Source of the DNA: Psammoneis japonica
Taxonomy: Eukaryota
Assembly (NCBI GenBank): GCA_008632985.1
Contig: QPGO01000005.1
Span: 186,001-250,000, forward strand
Length of the DNA: 64,000 nucleotides
Direction of reading: 5' to 3'
Part shown: positions 62,420 through 64,000 of the stretch, in pieces
Layout of the letters: every line of letters begins with the position of its first letter
How positions within the stretch are numbered: position 1 is the stretch's first letter
Made by a program: the position numbers and the translations under genes
The notes under the pieces: model-generated
Database searches by the model: none
Seen by the model: only the letters and a program-made list of their open reading frames with translations
Told to the model about the DNA's origin: nothing

Positions 62420-64000
62420 TCTGCTCAAACAAGCCATGGCGGGACAAGAAATCATCATGAGACATGAACGCGGGGTCCACAGAACTCGAAAGAGGTGCTG
62501 CAGGGCTGATCAGTCCACAGCAATGCTGCCATGACTGTTTGATCCTTCTTTGAAAAAAAAAAAGCTCACCTTGCTGCACCCCCACTTCTGAGGTGCAGCA
62601 TGATGGGGCACACGAGCACTCGTCGTCCAAGAAGCAGGGGTCATTGTGGCAACAAGACAAGCTGCAGTCACAGTGGTGGCTTGTTGGTGGTTCCAAAGGT
62701 GCTGCCCAAACTTTGCAAACTGATGCACCTTCTTTTTGCAGTGTTTTTCTGTGCTGCAAAAAAAGGATGTGTTGGTGCCCCCCCCCCCGCCAGCAGCACG
62801 GAGCCACAAGCGCTGAAACTTGCCCAGCTGCCCTCAACTGTGGCAAAAGCTGCAAAAAATTCTTGAGAAGAAAAAGTCAATGAGTTTCATTGACAAGAGA
62901 GCTTCAAGAGTCAGTCAGAGGATGCAGATGACTGAGTTCCCAGTTTTGTGCAACAGCGCATCAGAGCGCGCACATTGCAGTGATCGACCCCTCCCTTCTC
63001 ACAGTGATTTTCACTCCTTTTGCAGGTAAATTTTTTGTGGTTTCAAACCTTGTTAGTTGTGCAGCTGGCAACAATCATTTGACTGTGAAAGGTGATTGTT
63101 TTTGCTGTGAAGTCCTCTTCTTAACTGCAAGAAATCAACATCATCAACTTGTTTGGCAGCCTCCCCCTTTTCCCATCAGCATGCGTGCACTCCATTGCTG
63201 CAGAAGCTGATGATCAACATCATTTGTTTTGTTGTGCTACATTTTGATTTTCATGTTCAATGTGATTTGTGCAATGAATTTGTGCCGCCTTTCTCAATCA
63301 ACAATGAACTGTTGCTTTTGCTGCTTCACATGGACTGCCAAGAATGAACACCAAGTTGACATGCCATGGTGTCTGCCACATTTCATTTTCAACTGGCTCA
63401 TGCTGGAGTTGCTGTTTGGTCATCTTTGTCATTGGCTTTTTCACTCTCTTTGTCTTCCTCCTCATCTTTTCTGTTGCCAGGTGTTTCTGTTTTGTCTTCG
63501 TCCTCCTCGTCGTTGCCAGAAAGCTCTGTCGTTGCTGGTGTTCTCGTCTCCACCTCCGCTGGTTTTTTGTTGGTTCTGCCCTTTTTCCTTTGCCTTTGCT
63601 CTCCCTTTTCTTTCCATTGGTGCACCATGTGTTGAGCTGCACACCTGGCTCACTTGCCCTGTCTTCCTTTGCTGCACCCCCCCAAGCAGGGCTTTGAGCT
63701 GCTCAATTCCTTCATCCTTTCAAGAGTCGCGCTGCCGTGTCTCGGGTCTGCACACTTGGGCACCAGTTTTGTTTCCTTCTCCTCCTCTTCACTCCCTTTC
63801 TCCTTTCCTTTCTGCATGGCCTTGTGCTCCCAAACCTTCCAGCAGCTTTCCAACATCAACAGCACCAGTGCCTTGTTGCTTGCCACAGCTGGCTCTGCAG
63901 CCTTGGTGCTGCCGGACTGACTTCACCATCCTTCTCCACATCGCAGTGCTCTTGATGCATGTTGGAATGTTGTCATGGAGCCACAGCTGTGTGTGCCTCT
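62420..64000. other. Start of another TpA-depleted decayed repeat domain (runs off the window)
   Basis: After ~62412 only a handful of TpA occur in 1.6 kb; CpG is reduced; ORFs are Tyr-free. Confidence 0.75.

Overview
Eukaryotic genomic DNA, most likely a raphid pennate diatom (frustulin-type Cys repeats, DUF6824 protein, diatom-type LRR membrane protein, short GT-AG introns). Ordinary genes: NAR1, a SAMHD1-like HD protein, KAS II, an RRM protein, RRP1, a cNMP phosphodiesterase, an LRR protein, a WW-repeat protein, glyoxalase II, ESF2, DNAJB12-like and others. Many carry single-base frameshifts, probably assembly errors. Between them lie five sharply bounded domains (~3.13-5.88, ~6.78-17.37, ~31.56-35.95, ~47.35-51.1, ~62.42-64.0 kb) almost devoid of the dinucleotide TpA. 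These domains hold a CRE-type non-LTR retrotransposon, decayed duplicated genes and gene fragments. Expected Tyr codons read as Cys/His, paralogous copies differ by TA vs TG/CA, and the surviving TpA are mostly YTAR. This suggests a repeat-directed, double-stranded TpA->TpG/CpA hypermutation process (the reverse direction of fungal RIP), separable from CpG decay. A base-calling artefact at a modified base remains an alternative. Also present: a metallophosphoesterase-frustulin fusion gene, an unmutated 506-bp MITE with a 9-bp TSD, a 24-bp hAT-like palindrome and recurrent TAG/CTA-rich intergenic patches. All counts are by eye; no searches were run.
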